DNA from: an uncultured Holophagales bacterium
GTDB lineage: Bacteria > Acidobacteriota > Thermoanaerobaculia > Multivoradales > UBA5704
Direction: 5' to 3'
DNA: 64,000 bases
NCBI GenBank assembly: GCA_963842525.1
Contig: CAWJGT010000034.1
Coordinates: 384,001 to 448,000 of the forward strand
Shown: positions 20,092 through 29,935 of the stretch, in pieces
How positions within the stretch are numbered: position 1 is the stretch's first letter
Layout of the letters: each line of letters starts with the position of its first letter
Notes under the pieces: generated by a model
Database searches by the model: none
The model's input: only the letters and a program-made list of their open reading frames with translations
What the model was told of the DNA's origin: nothing
Translations under genes and position numbers: made by a program

Positions 20092-20366
20092 AACGTACCT
20101 ACTCTTCCGCCAGCTCTTTCCCGATCGTCCGTCGGAGCTGTGCGTAGGCCTCCAGGAGGCCCTCCCCGATGTGCGCAAGCTCGCTGAAGGCCTGGCGGAG
20201 CTTTCCGAGATCGTTCATCTGTCCCGACATGAGGCCGGTCAGAGCCTTGTCGAAAAATGAGATGTCCGTTTCTTGACACCCTGACGACCACGGTCAACTG
20301 AGCCAGGATGGTTTAGACTCCCCCTCCGACATCTGATTTGCCAAGATGGCACGGAGGGACCGAAGA

Positions 20367-21479
20367 ATGAGCGGAAGGCTGAACCGTCGTGAGCTCCTCC
20401 GCGCCGGCGCCGCAGCAGGTCTGGCGGCTGCGGCGCCGCGCGGGATGTTCGGGCAGGCCCCGGCTGTCGTTGCGCCCAAGGGCATCCAGCCCGTCGTCAT
20501 TGCCTCCGCCAACGGCAACGTGGCCAAAAACGGCGGCGAGGTCACCTGCGTCCAGAAGGCGTTCGCGATGATGACCCAGGGCTCTGACGTCCTGGACGCC
20601 GTCGTGGCAGGCGTCAACATCGTCGAGCTCGACCCCGAGGACGACAGCGTCGGCTACGGCGGCCTGCCGAACGCCGAGGGCGTCGTCCAGCTCGACTCGT
20701 CGTGCATGCACGGCCCGAAGAAGCGGGCCGGCGCCGTGGCTTCGCTCGAAGGCGTGCGCACCCCGTCGCTCGTCGCCAAGGCGGTCCTGGAGAACACGGA
20801 CCACCACCTGCTGGTCGGACACGGCGCCCAGAGCTTCGCACGCAGCCTGGGATTCAAGATCGAGGACGACCTCAACACCGACCATTCGCGCCGCCTCTGG
20901 CTCGAATGGAAGCGCCGGATCGATCCGGACCACTACCTCGACCCGCAGAAGCGCGTCCAGGCCGGCTACCGGGTCGCGCTCCAGATGGCCCACGAGGGAC
21001 TCATCAATCCCGAGCACCTGTGGGGCACGATCAACTGCAGCGGCATCAACGCCAAGGGCGAGATCTGCGGCGTGACGACCACCAGCGGCCTGGCCTGGAA
21101 GATCCCGGGCCGCGTGGGCGACTCCCCCATCCTCGGCGCCGGCCTGTACGTGGACGGCGCGGTCGGCGCCGCGGGCTCGACCGGACGCGGCGAGGCGAAT
21201 CTCTACAACCTCTCGTCGTTCCTGATCGTCGAAGCCCTGCGCAGTGGCGCGAAACCCAAGGACGCCGGCATGGCAGCGCTCCGCCGCGTCGTCGCCAACA
21301 CGGTCGAAAAGCGGCTGCTCAACGACCGCGGGCTACCGGCCTTCGGGCTGAATTTCTATGTCCTGAACGCGAAAGGCGAGCACGCGGGCGTCTCGATGTA
21401 CCCGTCGAAGTACGCGTTCTGCAACGAGGATGGTCCCCGAATCATCGAGACCGAGGCGCTCTACGAAGAAAGGCCGTAG
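20367..21479 (+). CDS. Tat-exported Ntn-hydrolase, glycosylasparaginase / isoaspartyl peptidase family
   Basis: NRRELL Tat motif; SVGYGGLPN, GTINC (autoproteolytic Thr), TTTSGLAWKIPGRVGDSPILGAG, STGRGE. Confidence 0.9.
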   Translation: MSGRLNRRELLRAGAAAGLAAAAPRGMFGQAPAVVAPKGIQPVVIASANGNVAKNGGEVTCVQKAFAMMTQGSDVLDAVVAGVNIVELDPEDDSVGYGGLPNAEGVVQLDSSCMHGPKKRAGAVASLEGVRTPSLVAKAVLENTDHHLLVGHGAQSFARSLGFKIEDDLNTDHSRRLWLEWKRRIDPDHYLDPQKRVQAGYRVALQMAHEGLINPEHLWGTINCSGINAKGEICGVTTTSGLAWKIPGRVGDSPILGAGLYVDGAVGAAGSTGRGEANLYNLSSFLIVEALRSGAKPKDAGMAALRRVVANTVEKRLLNDRGLPAFGLNFYVLNAKGEHAGVSMYPSKYAFCNEDGPRIIETEALYEERP

Positions 21480-21485
21480 CGGCTG

Positions 21486-21956
21486 TCAGACCTGCAGGAA
21501 GCGTTCGATCTGCCGCCGGTGGCGGAGGATGTGAACAATGGCGTGCTCCAGCATCTGTTCGAGGTCGTAGACCACGCCCCAGCGGCTGTGGATCCGGACC
21601 GCTTCCATCTCCGCGTCGCTCATCTGCCACCTGCCCTCCAGTGTCGCGACCGAGTGCTCCATCATCTCCGCCAGCCGGAGCAGGCTGTCCGTGCGGGAAA
21701 AAGGCGGCCGGTTTGTGGGCCGCTCTGCCGGGATAGAGAGCGCCTCGCGGATATACAAGGAATAGCCGTAGCCCGCGGCGATCACATGCTGGACGATCGT
21801 CTGGATCGAGCGGCAGGCCGCATCCTGCGTCTGCTCGTCGCGGACGAGCTCGTAATCGGCGTCGGACAGACCACCGACCAGGCGAGAAAACTCGGCGGCG
21901 GCCCGCTCGTATTCGTCCATCAAGGCCCCGACGGCGCCGGGGCGGTAGGTTTTCAT
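21486..21956 (-). CDS. DinB family protein
   Basis: SIQTIVQHV ... EHAIVHILRHRRQI three-His pattern. Confidence 0.85.
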   Translation of the reverse strand: MKTYRPGAVGALMDEYERAAAEFSRLVGGLSDADYELVRDEQTQDAACRSIQTIVQHVIAAGYGYSLYIREALSIPAERPTNRPPFSRTDSLLRLAEMMEHSVATLEGRWQMSDAEMEAVRIHSRWGVVYDLEQMLEHAIVHILRHRRQIERFLQV

Positions 21957-21957
21957 A

Positions 21958-22341
21958 TCAGTCTTGGATCAGATCGATCGTAACGATGTGATCGGTCGGA
22001 TCGATGTTCAGGGCGTACGTATAGCGGCCGGGCTCGAGGAGGGTTTCGCCCACGAAATCGATCGGCTGGAAGGTGAAGGTCTCACCGTTCGCCACCACGT
22101 CGATCTTCGCGTACCGGTACGCTTCTTTGACCGGTTTGTAGGCGCTCACCCCGCCCTTGGGAATGGCTCCATATTCGAACTTGTCCGAGGTGAAGGTCAC
22201 GTCGACTTTATCGAAATCCCGATCGCTCCGGTTGGCGATCCGGATCTCCAGGCCGTCGGATTTGCCGTTGGCGCTGGTGCAGGCACCAGCGGCGAATGCG
22301 AGCAGGAAGGCAATTGCGAAGAGGTGTAGTGTGACTTTCAT
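21958..22341 (-). CDS. Hypothetical lipoprotein
   Basis: Lipobox AAGAC; beta-rich mature domain; AAGGAG RBS. Confidence 0.75.
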   Translation of the reverse strand: MKVTLHLFAIAFLLAFAAGACTSANGKSDGLEIRIANRSDRDFDKVDVTFTSDKFEYGAIPKGGVSAYKPVKEAYRYAKIDVVANGETFTFQPIDFVGETLLEPGRYTYALNIDPTDHIVTIDLIQD

Positions 22342-22378
22342 GTGGTCAAACTCCTTGGAGCGCGGATCTATTCATCTC

Positions 22379-22633
22379 TCATGAGTCGGGCCACAGCTGC
22401 GCCTTGACCTCTTCCCACGTCTCCTCGTCTTCCGGGTGCCGGTCAATATCGACAAGACGTTCGTCCAGGATCTTCCTTTGCCATACAGGGTTTGTGACAA
22501 CGCCCTGGACGTCGGACGAGGCGGGGCCGTAGAAGTCGCGTTCGAACTCCTCCAGCGGCTCATCAAAATCGTCTGGAACTATAAGCTTTCCCTGATCGCT
22601 GCCGAACACGCGATCTTTCGGAGCACCGCTCAT
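22379..22633 (-). CDS. Orphan antitoxin-like chimera (DUF2281/VapB-type tail + addiction-module antitoxin tail)
   Basis: RVFGSDQGKLIVPDDFDEPLEEF and WQRKILDERL...PEDEETWEEVKAQL in one frame. Confidence 0.65.
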   Translation of the reverse strand: MSGAPKDRVFGSDQGKLIVPDDFDEPLEEFERDFYGPASSDVQGVVTNPVWQRKILDERLVDIDRHPEDEETWEEVKAQLWPDS

Positions 22634-22706
22634 GGCTTGCACCTTAGCGGGAATGGGAAGCTAAATCAAGCTCTCGCCAACGTGCTTCGACTCCTCGTGT
22701 GTGTTT

Positions 22707-22921
22707 GAAAATCAGCCCCGATAGGGGCGGCCGGAATTAGCCCGGGATTTCAATCCCGGGAAGCCAGCATCCCCTAGACCCGGAGCCCCGCCAGGGGCGA
22801 CAGGAAGCCGTCCGGCGAGGCCTCCTGCGCCCCTGACGGGGCTGGATCGTGGGTTTGGACTCGCGATCCCGGGCATGAATGCCCGGGCTAATTCAGGCCG
22901 CCCCTGGCGGGGCTGGTTTTC
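22707..22921. repeat. ~215-bp fold-back (MITE/REP-like) element with long terminal inverted repeats
   Basis: GAAAATCAGCCCCGATAGGGGCGGCCGGAATTAGCCCGGG ... CCCGGGCTAATTCAGGCCGCCCCTGGCGGGGCTGGTTTTC; four GCCCCnnnnGGGGC hairpins. Confidence 0.85.
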
Positions 22922-22932
22922 CAGACACCCAC

Positions 22933-25725
22933 TCAATCATCATGCTCGCCCGCGCTCTGTAGGACCGCGACCTCCGAGGCCGCGGCGGGCGCGGTGACGA
23001 TCGGCGGCAGCGACGTGGGGTCGGGAGCGTCGTCTCGCGTGAGGAAGATCGGGGCGACCGGGGCCATTCCGACGGGGGCCTCGGCGGGACGGCCGAAGCT
23101 CACGATCTGCTGCCAGCTCCGGTCCAGCTTGTCGCCGAAGATGACGAGGAGGTCGCCGGGCTGCGCCAGCTCCAGCGCTTGCTGGACGGCGTCGACCTCG
23201 GAGAGGACGTCGGAGGAGATGCGCTCCTCCGGGAAGCCGGCTTCGAGGAGGCCGCGGCGAAGGAGGGCCCCGATCTCTCCCGGCTTGCGCCCGCGGTGGT
23301 TGTCGTCCTCGCGCAGGAGGATGAGGTCGAACCCGGGCGCTGCCACGCGCGCCAGGTCGAGGATGTCCTCGTCCCGGCGGTCGCCTGGCGCGGAGAGGAC
23401 TCCCAGTCTGCGGCCGTGCACGGTCAGCTCGCGGATGGTCTTCGCCATGAAGGACATGCCGTGGGCGTTGTGGGCGTAGTCGAGCAGGACCCGGAAGGGA
23501 TGCTCGTTGTAGAAGTTCATCCGGCCCGGGGTCTGGAAGAAGTCGGTGGTGAAGGTGCGGAGCCCCTGGCGGATGTTGTCCAGGCTCATGCCCATGGCGA
23601 GCGAGATGGCGGTGGCGAACATCGCGTTCTGCACGTTGTGCAGGGCGTGCCCTTCTACAGTTGCCGGGATCTGCCGCGCCCAGAGGACCGGGATGTGCTC
23701 TTCGCCGTTGTAGAGGACGAGCATGCGGCCGTTCAGGCCTTCCTCCAGGACGACCGCCTTGCCGTGGTCGCGGATATGGCGGCGGACCCGCTCGTTGTTG
23801 CGGTCCATGGTCACGTAGATCGGCTTGCCCGGGCTGTGCTCGGCCATGGGCGCGACCCGCGGGTCGTCGGCGTTCAGGACGCACCATTCCTGCGCCACCT
23901 CGACGACCACGCGCTTGACCTCGGCCAGCTCGTCCAGATCCTTGATCCCGCCCATGCCGAGGTGGTCGGAGGCAACGTTCAACACCGCGCCGACCGTGCA
24001 CTTGCGCCAGCCCAGGCCGGCGCGCACGATGCCGCCGCGGGCGGTCTCCAGCACCGCGGCGTCGACGTTCGGGTCGCGCAGCACCAGATGGCTCGCCCAC
24101 GGGCCGGTCATGTCCCCCTTGGCGGTCAGCACGCCGTCGATGTAGACGCCGTCGCTGGTCGACATCCCGACGTGGCGGCCGGAGAGCTTGAGGATGTGGC
24201 CGACCATGCGCGTGGTGGTGGTCTTGCCGTTGGTGCCGGTGATGGCGGCGATGGGGATGCGGTAGGGGGTCCCCTTGGGGAACAGCATGTCGATCACCGG
24301 GCCGGCCGCGTCGCGCGGCTTGCCTTCGGTGGGCGCGACGTGCATGCGGAAGCCGGGAGCCGCATTGATTTCGACGATGGCGCCGCCCACGTCCTGCCAG
24401 CTCCGCGAGATGTCCAGCGAGAGGAAATCGACGCCGCCTACGTCGAGGCCCACGGCCTGCACGGCCCGCTCGGCCATGACCCGGTTGTCGTAGTGGATGA
24501 CGTCGGTCCGGTCGATCGCCGTGCCGCCCGTGGAAAGGTTGCCGGTCGAGCGGAGATAGAAGACCTGGCCCGCGGGGAGGACCGTGTCGAGCGTATGCCC
24601 GGCCTCCTCCACCAGGCGCTCGGCCTGGTGGTCGACCTCGAGGCGAGTGAGGACCTTCTCGTGCCCGACGCCGCGCCGGGGATCGCTGTTGACGATCTCG
24701 ACGAGCTCGCGGATCGTGTGGACGCCGTCGCCCACCACGTGGCCGGGGACCCGCTCGGCCACGGCCACGACCTTGCCGTTGACCACCAGGATGCGGTAGT
24801 CGTTCCCCTCCTGGAAGGTCTCGACGATCACGGTCGAGGAGCGGTCATAGGCCTCGTCGAAGGCGGTGCGCACCTGCTCGGGCGTCCGGAGGTTGATCGA
24901 CACGCCGCGGCCGTGGTTGCCGTCGAGCGGCTTGACCACCACCGGGTAGCCGATCTTCTCGGCGGCGGCGACCGCGTCGTCGGCCTCCCAGACCCGCTCC
25001 TGGCGCGGCACCGGAAGGCCCAGGTCGGCGAGGATCTGGTTGGTGAGCCGCTTGTCCGAGGCGATCTCGACGGCGATGTGGTGGGTGCCGCTGGTGACCG
25101 TGGCCTGGATGCGCCGCTGGTACTTGCCGTGTCCGAGCTGGACCAGGGAGCGGTCGTTCAAACGGATCCAGGGGATGTCGTGCTCCTCGGCGGCACGCAC
25201 GAGGGAGGCGGTGGACGGTCCAAAGGCACGGCGCTGGGCGAGGCGGACGAGCGAGGTCAGCTCGGCCGGGAAGTCGAAGGGCTCCGGATCGTGCGCCGCG
25301 CGCTCGGGCGGCAACAGATGCCGGATCAGCCGCAGGCCGAGCTCGGCGGCGCGCAGGCCGACCGACTCCTCCTCGAAGCTGTAGATCACGTGGTACTGCC
25401 CGCGAGGCAGGTCGTGGCTCCGCGTCTTGCCGTAAGTGACCGGCGTGCCGGCGAGGCATTGCAGCTCGATCGCCACGTGCTCCAGGACATGACCGAGCCA
25501 GGTGCCCTCGTCCTCGGTCATCCGCCGCACGAAGCCGCCCTCCTGGTCATACGAGCAGTGGTGCTCGGCGAGGGTCGGCGCCAGCTCCAGCAGACGGTCG
25601 GCGAAGCCGGGCAGGCGAAGGGTGGGATAGTCCTCCAGCTCGCCGAGGTCGACGCGCAGGCGGATGACCTTGCGCAGGGCGTAGAGATTGGGGCCGCGGT
25701 AGACGCGGGTATCAAGGATCTTCAC
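22933..25725 (-). CDS. cphA: Cyanophycin synthetase (CphA1)
   Basis: YRGPNLY, HVLEHVAIELQ, ATP-grasp VVKPLDGNHGRGV / EINAAPGFRMH, Mur-ligase ITGTNGKTTT, ETARGG, DYAHN. Confidence 0.97.
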   Translation of the reverse strand: MKILDTRVYRGPNLYALRKVIRLRVDLGELEDYPTLRLPGFADRLLELAPTLAEHHCSYDQEGGFVRRMTEDEGTWLGHVLEHVAIELQCLAGTPVTYGKTRSHDLPRGQYHVIYSFEEESVGLRAAELGLRLIRHLLPPERAAHDPEPFDFPAELTSLVRLAQRRAFGPSTASLVRAAEEHDIPWIRLNDRSLVQLGHGKYQRRIQATVTSGTHHIAVEIASDKRLTNQILADLGLPVPRQERVWEADDAVAAAEKIGYPVVVKPLDGNHGRGVSINLRTPEQVRTAFDEAYDRSSTVIVETFQEGNDYRILVVNGKVVAVAERVPGHVVGDGVHTIRELVEIVNSDPRRGVGHEKVLTRLEVDHQAERLVEEAGHTLDTVLPAGQVFYLRSTGNLSTGGTAIDRTDVIHYDNRVMAERAVQAVGLDVGGVDFLSLDISRSWQDVGGAIVEINAAPGFRMHVAPTEGKPRDAAGPVIDMLFPKGTPYRIPIAAITGTNGKTTTTRMVGHILKLSGRHVGMSTSDGVYIDGVLTAKGDMTGPWASHLVLRDPNVDAAVLETARGGIVRAGLGWRKCTVGAVLNVASDHLGMGGIKDLDELAEVKRVVVEVAQEWCVLNADDPRVAPMAEHSPGKPIYVTMDRNNERVRRHIRDHGKAVVLEEGLNGRMLVLYNGEEHIPVLWARQIPATVEGHALHNVQNAMFATAISLAMGMSLDNIRQGLRTFTTDFFQTPGRMNFYNEHPFRVLLDYAHNAHGMSFMAKTIRELTVHGRRLGVLSAPGDRRDEDILDLARVAAPGFDLILLREDDNHRGRKPGEIGALLRRGLLEAGFPEERISSDVLSEVDAVQQALELAQPGDLLVIFGDKLDRSWQQIVSFGRPAEAPVGMAPVAPIFLTRDDAPDPTSLPPIVTAPAAASEVAVLQSAGEHDD

Positions 25726-26618
25726 GAGTAGCTCTCGACCGTGAGGTCATCGTAGGCCACGGCCCGCGTCTCCCTCGCAGAAGCGGTCTCGGCAGGCGGA
25801 ATGCCCATCCGGCGCTTCAGATCATAGCGGCATCCGGCGGTCAGGACGTCGAGCTTCAGGCCCAGCATCGCCAGGGGCTGGCCGCGATGGGTGGCGAAGG
25901 CGTCGGTGAAGCGCATCCCGCAGGCGTCGACCACGGTCACCGCCCCGGCGCCGAGGACTTGCAGCGTGCCGTCCGGATCGATGACCGCGGCGGTGTCCTC
26001 GTCGACCCCTACGCCGAGCGGCTCCGGGTTGTAGGAGAGCGCGGTGAGCAGCCGGCCGAGGCGGTCACGGCGCCGGAAGTGCTGGTCGATGACGAGGTCG
26101 GGAGCGAGGCCGAGCCCCTTCGCCATCTGGACGAGCCGGCGTCGGGGGGTGGCGCCGCTGTCGCCCATGGAGATCATGTGCTCGGAGAGGACGGCGGCGC
26201 CCGCGCTGGTGCCGGCCACGACCATGCCGGCCCGGTGGCGGCGCAGGATGGCCTCGCCGAGCCGCGTGCCGCCGAGGGCCGAGGAGATGCGGAGCTGGCT
26301 GCCGCCGGTCAGGAACAGGCCGGTCGCATACTCCAGAAGGTCGAACATCTCCTGGTCGGCGCCGAGGGCGTCCTCGCGGGTGGAGACGCGCAGCACCTCG
26401 GCCGAATCGGCGTCCAGGCGGTGGAACAGCTCGGCGTAGCGCTCGCCGGTGTCCGATAGCTCCGACGCGGTCGCCAGGATGACCACGCTGGCGTCGGGCC
26501 CGCCGCACGCCTCCACGAAGTGGCGCAGGATCAGGCGCTCGCGGACCTTGTCCTCGGCGCCTCCGATCGCCATCAGCAGCCCCGGCCGCGGGCCAACCGG
26601 CACGGCAATATCTTCCAT
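25722..26618 (-). CDS. cphB: Cyanophycinase
   Basis: IGGAEDK, TGGSQLR, GTSAGA (Ser), IDQHF (His), GVDEDT (Glu); overlaps the cphA start. Confidence 0.95.
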   Translation of the reverse strand: MEDIAVPVGPRPGLLMAIGGAEDKVRERLILRHFVEACGGPDASVVILATASELSDTGERYAELFHRLDADSAEVLRVSTREDALGADQEMFDLLEYATGLFLTGGSQLRISSALGGTRLGEAILRRHRAGMVVAGTSAGAAVLSEHMISMGDSGATPRRRLVQMAKGLGLAPDLVIDQHFRRRDRLGRLLTALSYNPEPLGVGVDEDTAAVIDPDGTLQVLGAGAVTVVDACGMRFTDAFATHRGQPLAMLGLKLDVLTAGCRYDLKRRMGIPPAETASARETRAVAYDDLTVESYS

Positions 26619-26708
26619 GGATAGCAACCTCCCTCCGCCGGGCGCCGGTGCGCGCGACGCGGTGAAACAACCTGGTGCCGAAAAGGCGACGGAATGGTAA
26701 CACGGACA

Positions 26709-26861
26709 CCCTCACCCCCTAGCCCCCTCTCCCATCCGCACTCCCATCCTCCCGGGAGAGGGGGAACTCCCAACGCTCGCTTTTTCAAGGTCTTGGGTGG
26801 TGGCGCCCCCTCTCCCGGGCGGGTGTGAGTGCGGATGGGAGAGGGGGACGGGGGGTGAGGG
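26709..26861. repeat. Inverted REP doublet (REPIN-like)
   Basis: Left arm 26709-26764 (CCCTCACCCCCTAGCCCCCTCTCCC...GGGAGAGGGGG) and its inverted copy at 26806-26861. Confidence 0.85.
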
Positions 26862-26920
26862 TAGGCGGGCGGAGGCTCCAGCTACGATGACTTTGACGGG
26901 ACCGTGTGGGCTCCCGAAGC

Positions 26921-29837
26921 TTACCGGCTTTGCGGCAACCGCGAGCGGCGGTAGCGGCCGAGGAAGTGATTCAGGTAGAGGATGAGGAGAATCGCAATGA
27001 GGAGCCAGGTCGAAATCCGGCCTGAGAACGAAACGGGCGGCACCGCGATCCGGCCGCGGGCCAGGCGCGAGCCCACGAGGACGACCAGCTCGCCGCCGTC
27101 CGTGAAGTCGAGGTCGTCGACCGCTCCGGAGGCCGGCAACCCGCCGGTCACGGTGCGCACGTTCCGGGTGCCGGGCCGGTACCCGATCAGGTCCGGCGGC
27201 ACGAACGGCGGCCACGACCACCTGCGGCTTTCCACCCCCGCCCAGACCGTGCCGCGGCGGTCCACCGCAAGGATTGCCACCGGCCGCCTCACGGCACCGA
27301 CTTCCGCGAAACGGGAGCCCGCCCGGAGAGCCCGGCGGGCGACGAACAGGCCTTCCCGGGTGCCCGCCCAGAGGGTTGCGCCGTCGGGAGAGGCAGCGAG
27401 GGCGCGGATCTGCACAGTGCCGGGAAAATCGATCCGGTGGCCGGGCCCGCCGCGGGCCGGCAGGAACCGCACATGGGTCGCGGCACGCCGCATCGCCAGC
27501 CGCGGATCGAGGAGGAAGGCTCGGTCGAGAGCGTTGTAGGCGAGGAAGGCTGAGCCGTCCGGGAGAGCCGCCAGCGCGTCCACCGGACCGGACGGCAGGC
27601 CATCGTCCACCCTCGCCGTGCGCTCGACCACCGGCCTCTCACCCTCGATGCGGACGCGCGCCGCGCCCCCGGCGGTGGCCGCCCACACCGTCCGGCCGCC
27701 GCTGCCGGGAACGGCGGCCAAGGCGTGCACGTCCAGCGAGGGCAGGCCGCGGACGCTGTCGCGGCAGGCTTCTCCTTCCTGAGGCCCGCAGAGCCGGAGA
27801 CCGCCGAACCGCAGAGCCACCCAGACCCGTTCCGCGCCGGCAGGCGCCACATCCCAGACCGGCAGGCCGAACGGGACCGCCGCCACGGCCGGAGGACCGG
27901 TGGCCCGCAGCTCGGTGAAGCTCACGCTGTCGCCACGGCTGCGCACCACGAAGCGGCCTGCGAGGGCGACGCGCGAAGGCGGCGGCGGGACGCGCGGAAA
28001 GGAATGGTCTGGAAACGGGAGGATGCTGAGCGCGCCGGCCTCATCCTGGTCCTCGGCGCCGGCCAGGACCAGGCGAAGGAGACCTCCGTGCGTCGCCAGC
28101 CAGGCGGCTCTTCCCGCCGGATCCGGCAGGATGCGATCGATGTCCCGGAACGGCCGGTCGATGCCGTCATAGGCAGCGATGGTCCTGCCCGCCGCGTCGA
28201 AGCGGTGGAGGAAGGGCCGGTAGTTGCGCACCTCCGTGCCCGGCTGCTGCGGCCCCACGACCGCGCCGGCCATCCATCCGCCCCCCGATGCCTCGACCGC
28301 AAGGGCTCTCACCTCACCGGGCCAGCGTGCAAACCTGCCGGAGCGGACGTCGAAGCGCAGCAGCCCCCTCCGCTGTGTCTCGATCCACAGAGCCCGCCCG
28401 CCGGGCTGAAGGTGGACACGCCGGATCATGTCGCCGCTCGCCGGACTGAGGAGCGGCGTCGAGAACAGCGTGGAGGCTCCGGTCGCGCGGTCGGCGCGGA
28501 GGAGATCTTCCTGCGTGGCGATCCACACGGTCTTCGCCGCCGGATCTTCGAGCAGCGCGAGAGTCGAGCCGTCCGGCCACCTCCCGGGCGGGCGGCCAGG
28601 GGACGAACCGGTCCGCTGCGGGATCGAAGCGGGCGACCCCGCGCGAACCTCCGGCCAGCAGAGCGCCGCCGGCAGGATCGCGACCGAAGTAGGAGACCGA
28701 CCGGCTCGGCAGGCCGTCCGCTTCGCCATAGTTGCGGAACTTCGAGGTCTGGGGATCGAAGCGACTCACCCCCACGCCGTTCACGACGAGCCAGAGCGGA
28801 CCGCCGGCACGTTCCTGGTGGAGGACGGTCACCCAGCCGGGGAGCCCGTCTGCGGCGGTGACCTGCGACCAGCTCCCGGACCGGGGATCGAAACGGATCA
28901 GGCTCCGGTTCGTGGCCAGCCACACCGGACCGCCACCGCGTTCCTGGACGAACGCGGCGACACGGTCGCCTTCCTGCAAGAGGCCGGGAGCCGGAACGGT
29001 GAGCCGGCCCGTTGCCGGATCGAGCCGGACGAGAGAGCCGGAGCCCGCGAGCCACAACGCGCCGCCGGACTCCTGCCAGAGCCCTTCGAGATCGTTCGCC
29101 GGAAACCCGGGACGCCGCAGCAGCGGGGTGACCGCTCCGGTGGCCGCTTCGAGCCGCACGATCCCTGCGCTGGTGGCGAGCCAGACCGGACCACCGGCTG
29201 CGCGATAGAGGGCCTGCACCGTGCCGACCCGCTGTCGGGGCGGGGGGAAGAAACGGGTCTCGCCGGTCGCTGGATCGAGCCGGGCGAGCTGGTTTTCAGC
29301 CCAGGCCCAGAGAGCGCCGCCGGCTCCCTCTTCACGGTAGAGAGCCGAGATCGACATCCCGTCGAGCTTGCCGGGCGCTGCCTTCACCTCCCCAGGCACG
29401 CTGCCACCAAGCTCGGGCTTCCAGGGCCGCTCCGCCGTGGCAACGAGATCCGGAGTCTTACCGCGTCCCTCCGGGGTGAAGTCGATGCGGCCCGTCCGGC
29501 GATCGAAACGGCTCAGCGCCCCATCTGTGCCGAGCCAGAGATCGCCCTCGACATCCAATTGAAAGCTGTGGACGGCGTCGCTGGCGAGACCGTCGCGGGT
29601 GGTGAGGCGCGTCAGGATGCCGGTCCGCGGATCGAAGCGGATCGCGCCGCCGCCGGTCGCAAGCCAGAAAGCTCCCGAGGGCTCCTGATAGACCGTCTCG
29701 ACCGGTTGGACCAACGCCGGTCGGTCCGCGACCGGCACGTCCCAGGGCTCGAGCGGCGCCACCCACTCCAATGCCCGGCATCCTGCCAGGCCGAGAGGGC
29801 CTGCGACGACGATGGCCAGCAAGGCTCTCGTTCGCAT
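26921..29837 (-). CDS. Multi-bladed beta-propeller lipoprotein (Reg_prop-like repeats) with C-terminal TM; frameshift near 28550
   Basis: Lipobox LGLAGC; repeated (L/V)WLAT..G..RFDP.TG and DGLPS..V motifs across ORFs 28314..29837 and 26921..28729; C-terminal WLLIAILLILYL followed by a basic tail. Confidence 0.8.
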
Positions 29838-29935
29838 GATGGAGGCTCGATCCCAGACAGGTGAAACATGATGATACCACGCGGGCTCCCGGCCGCTTGA
29901 CGCAAGGTCCGCGCGCCCGCAACATTGCGCCTCAC

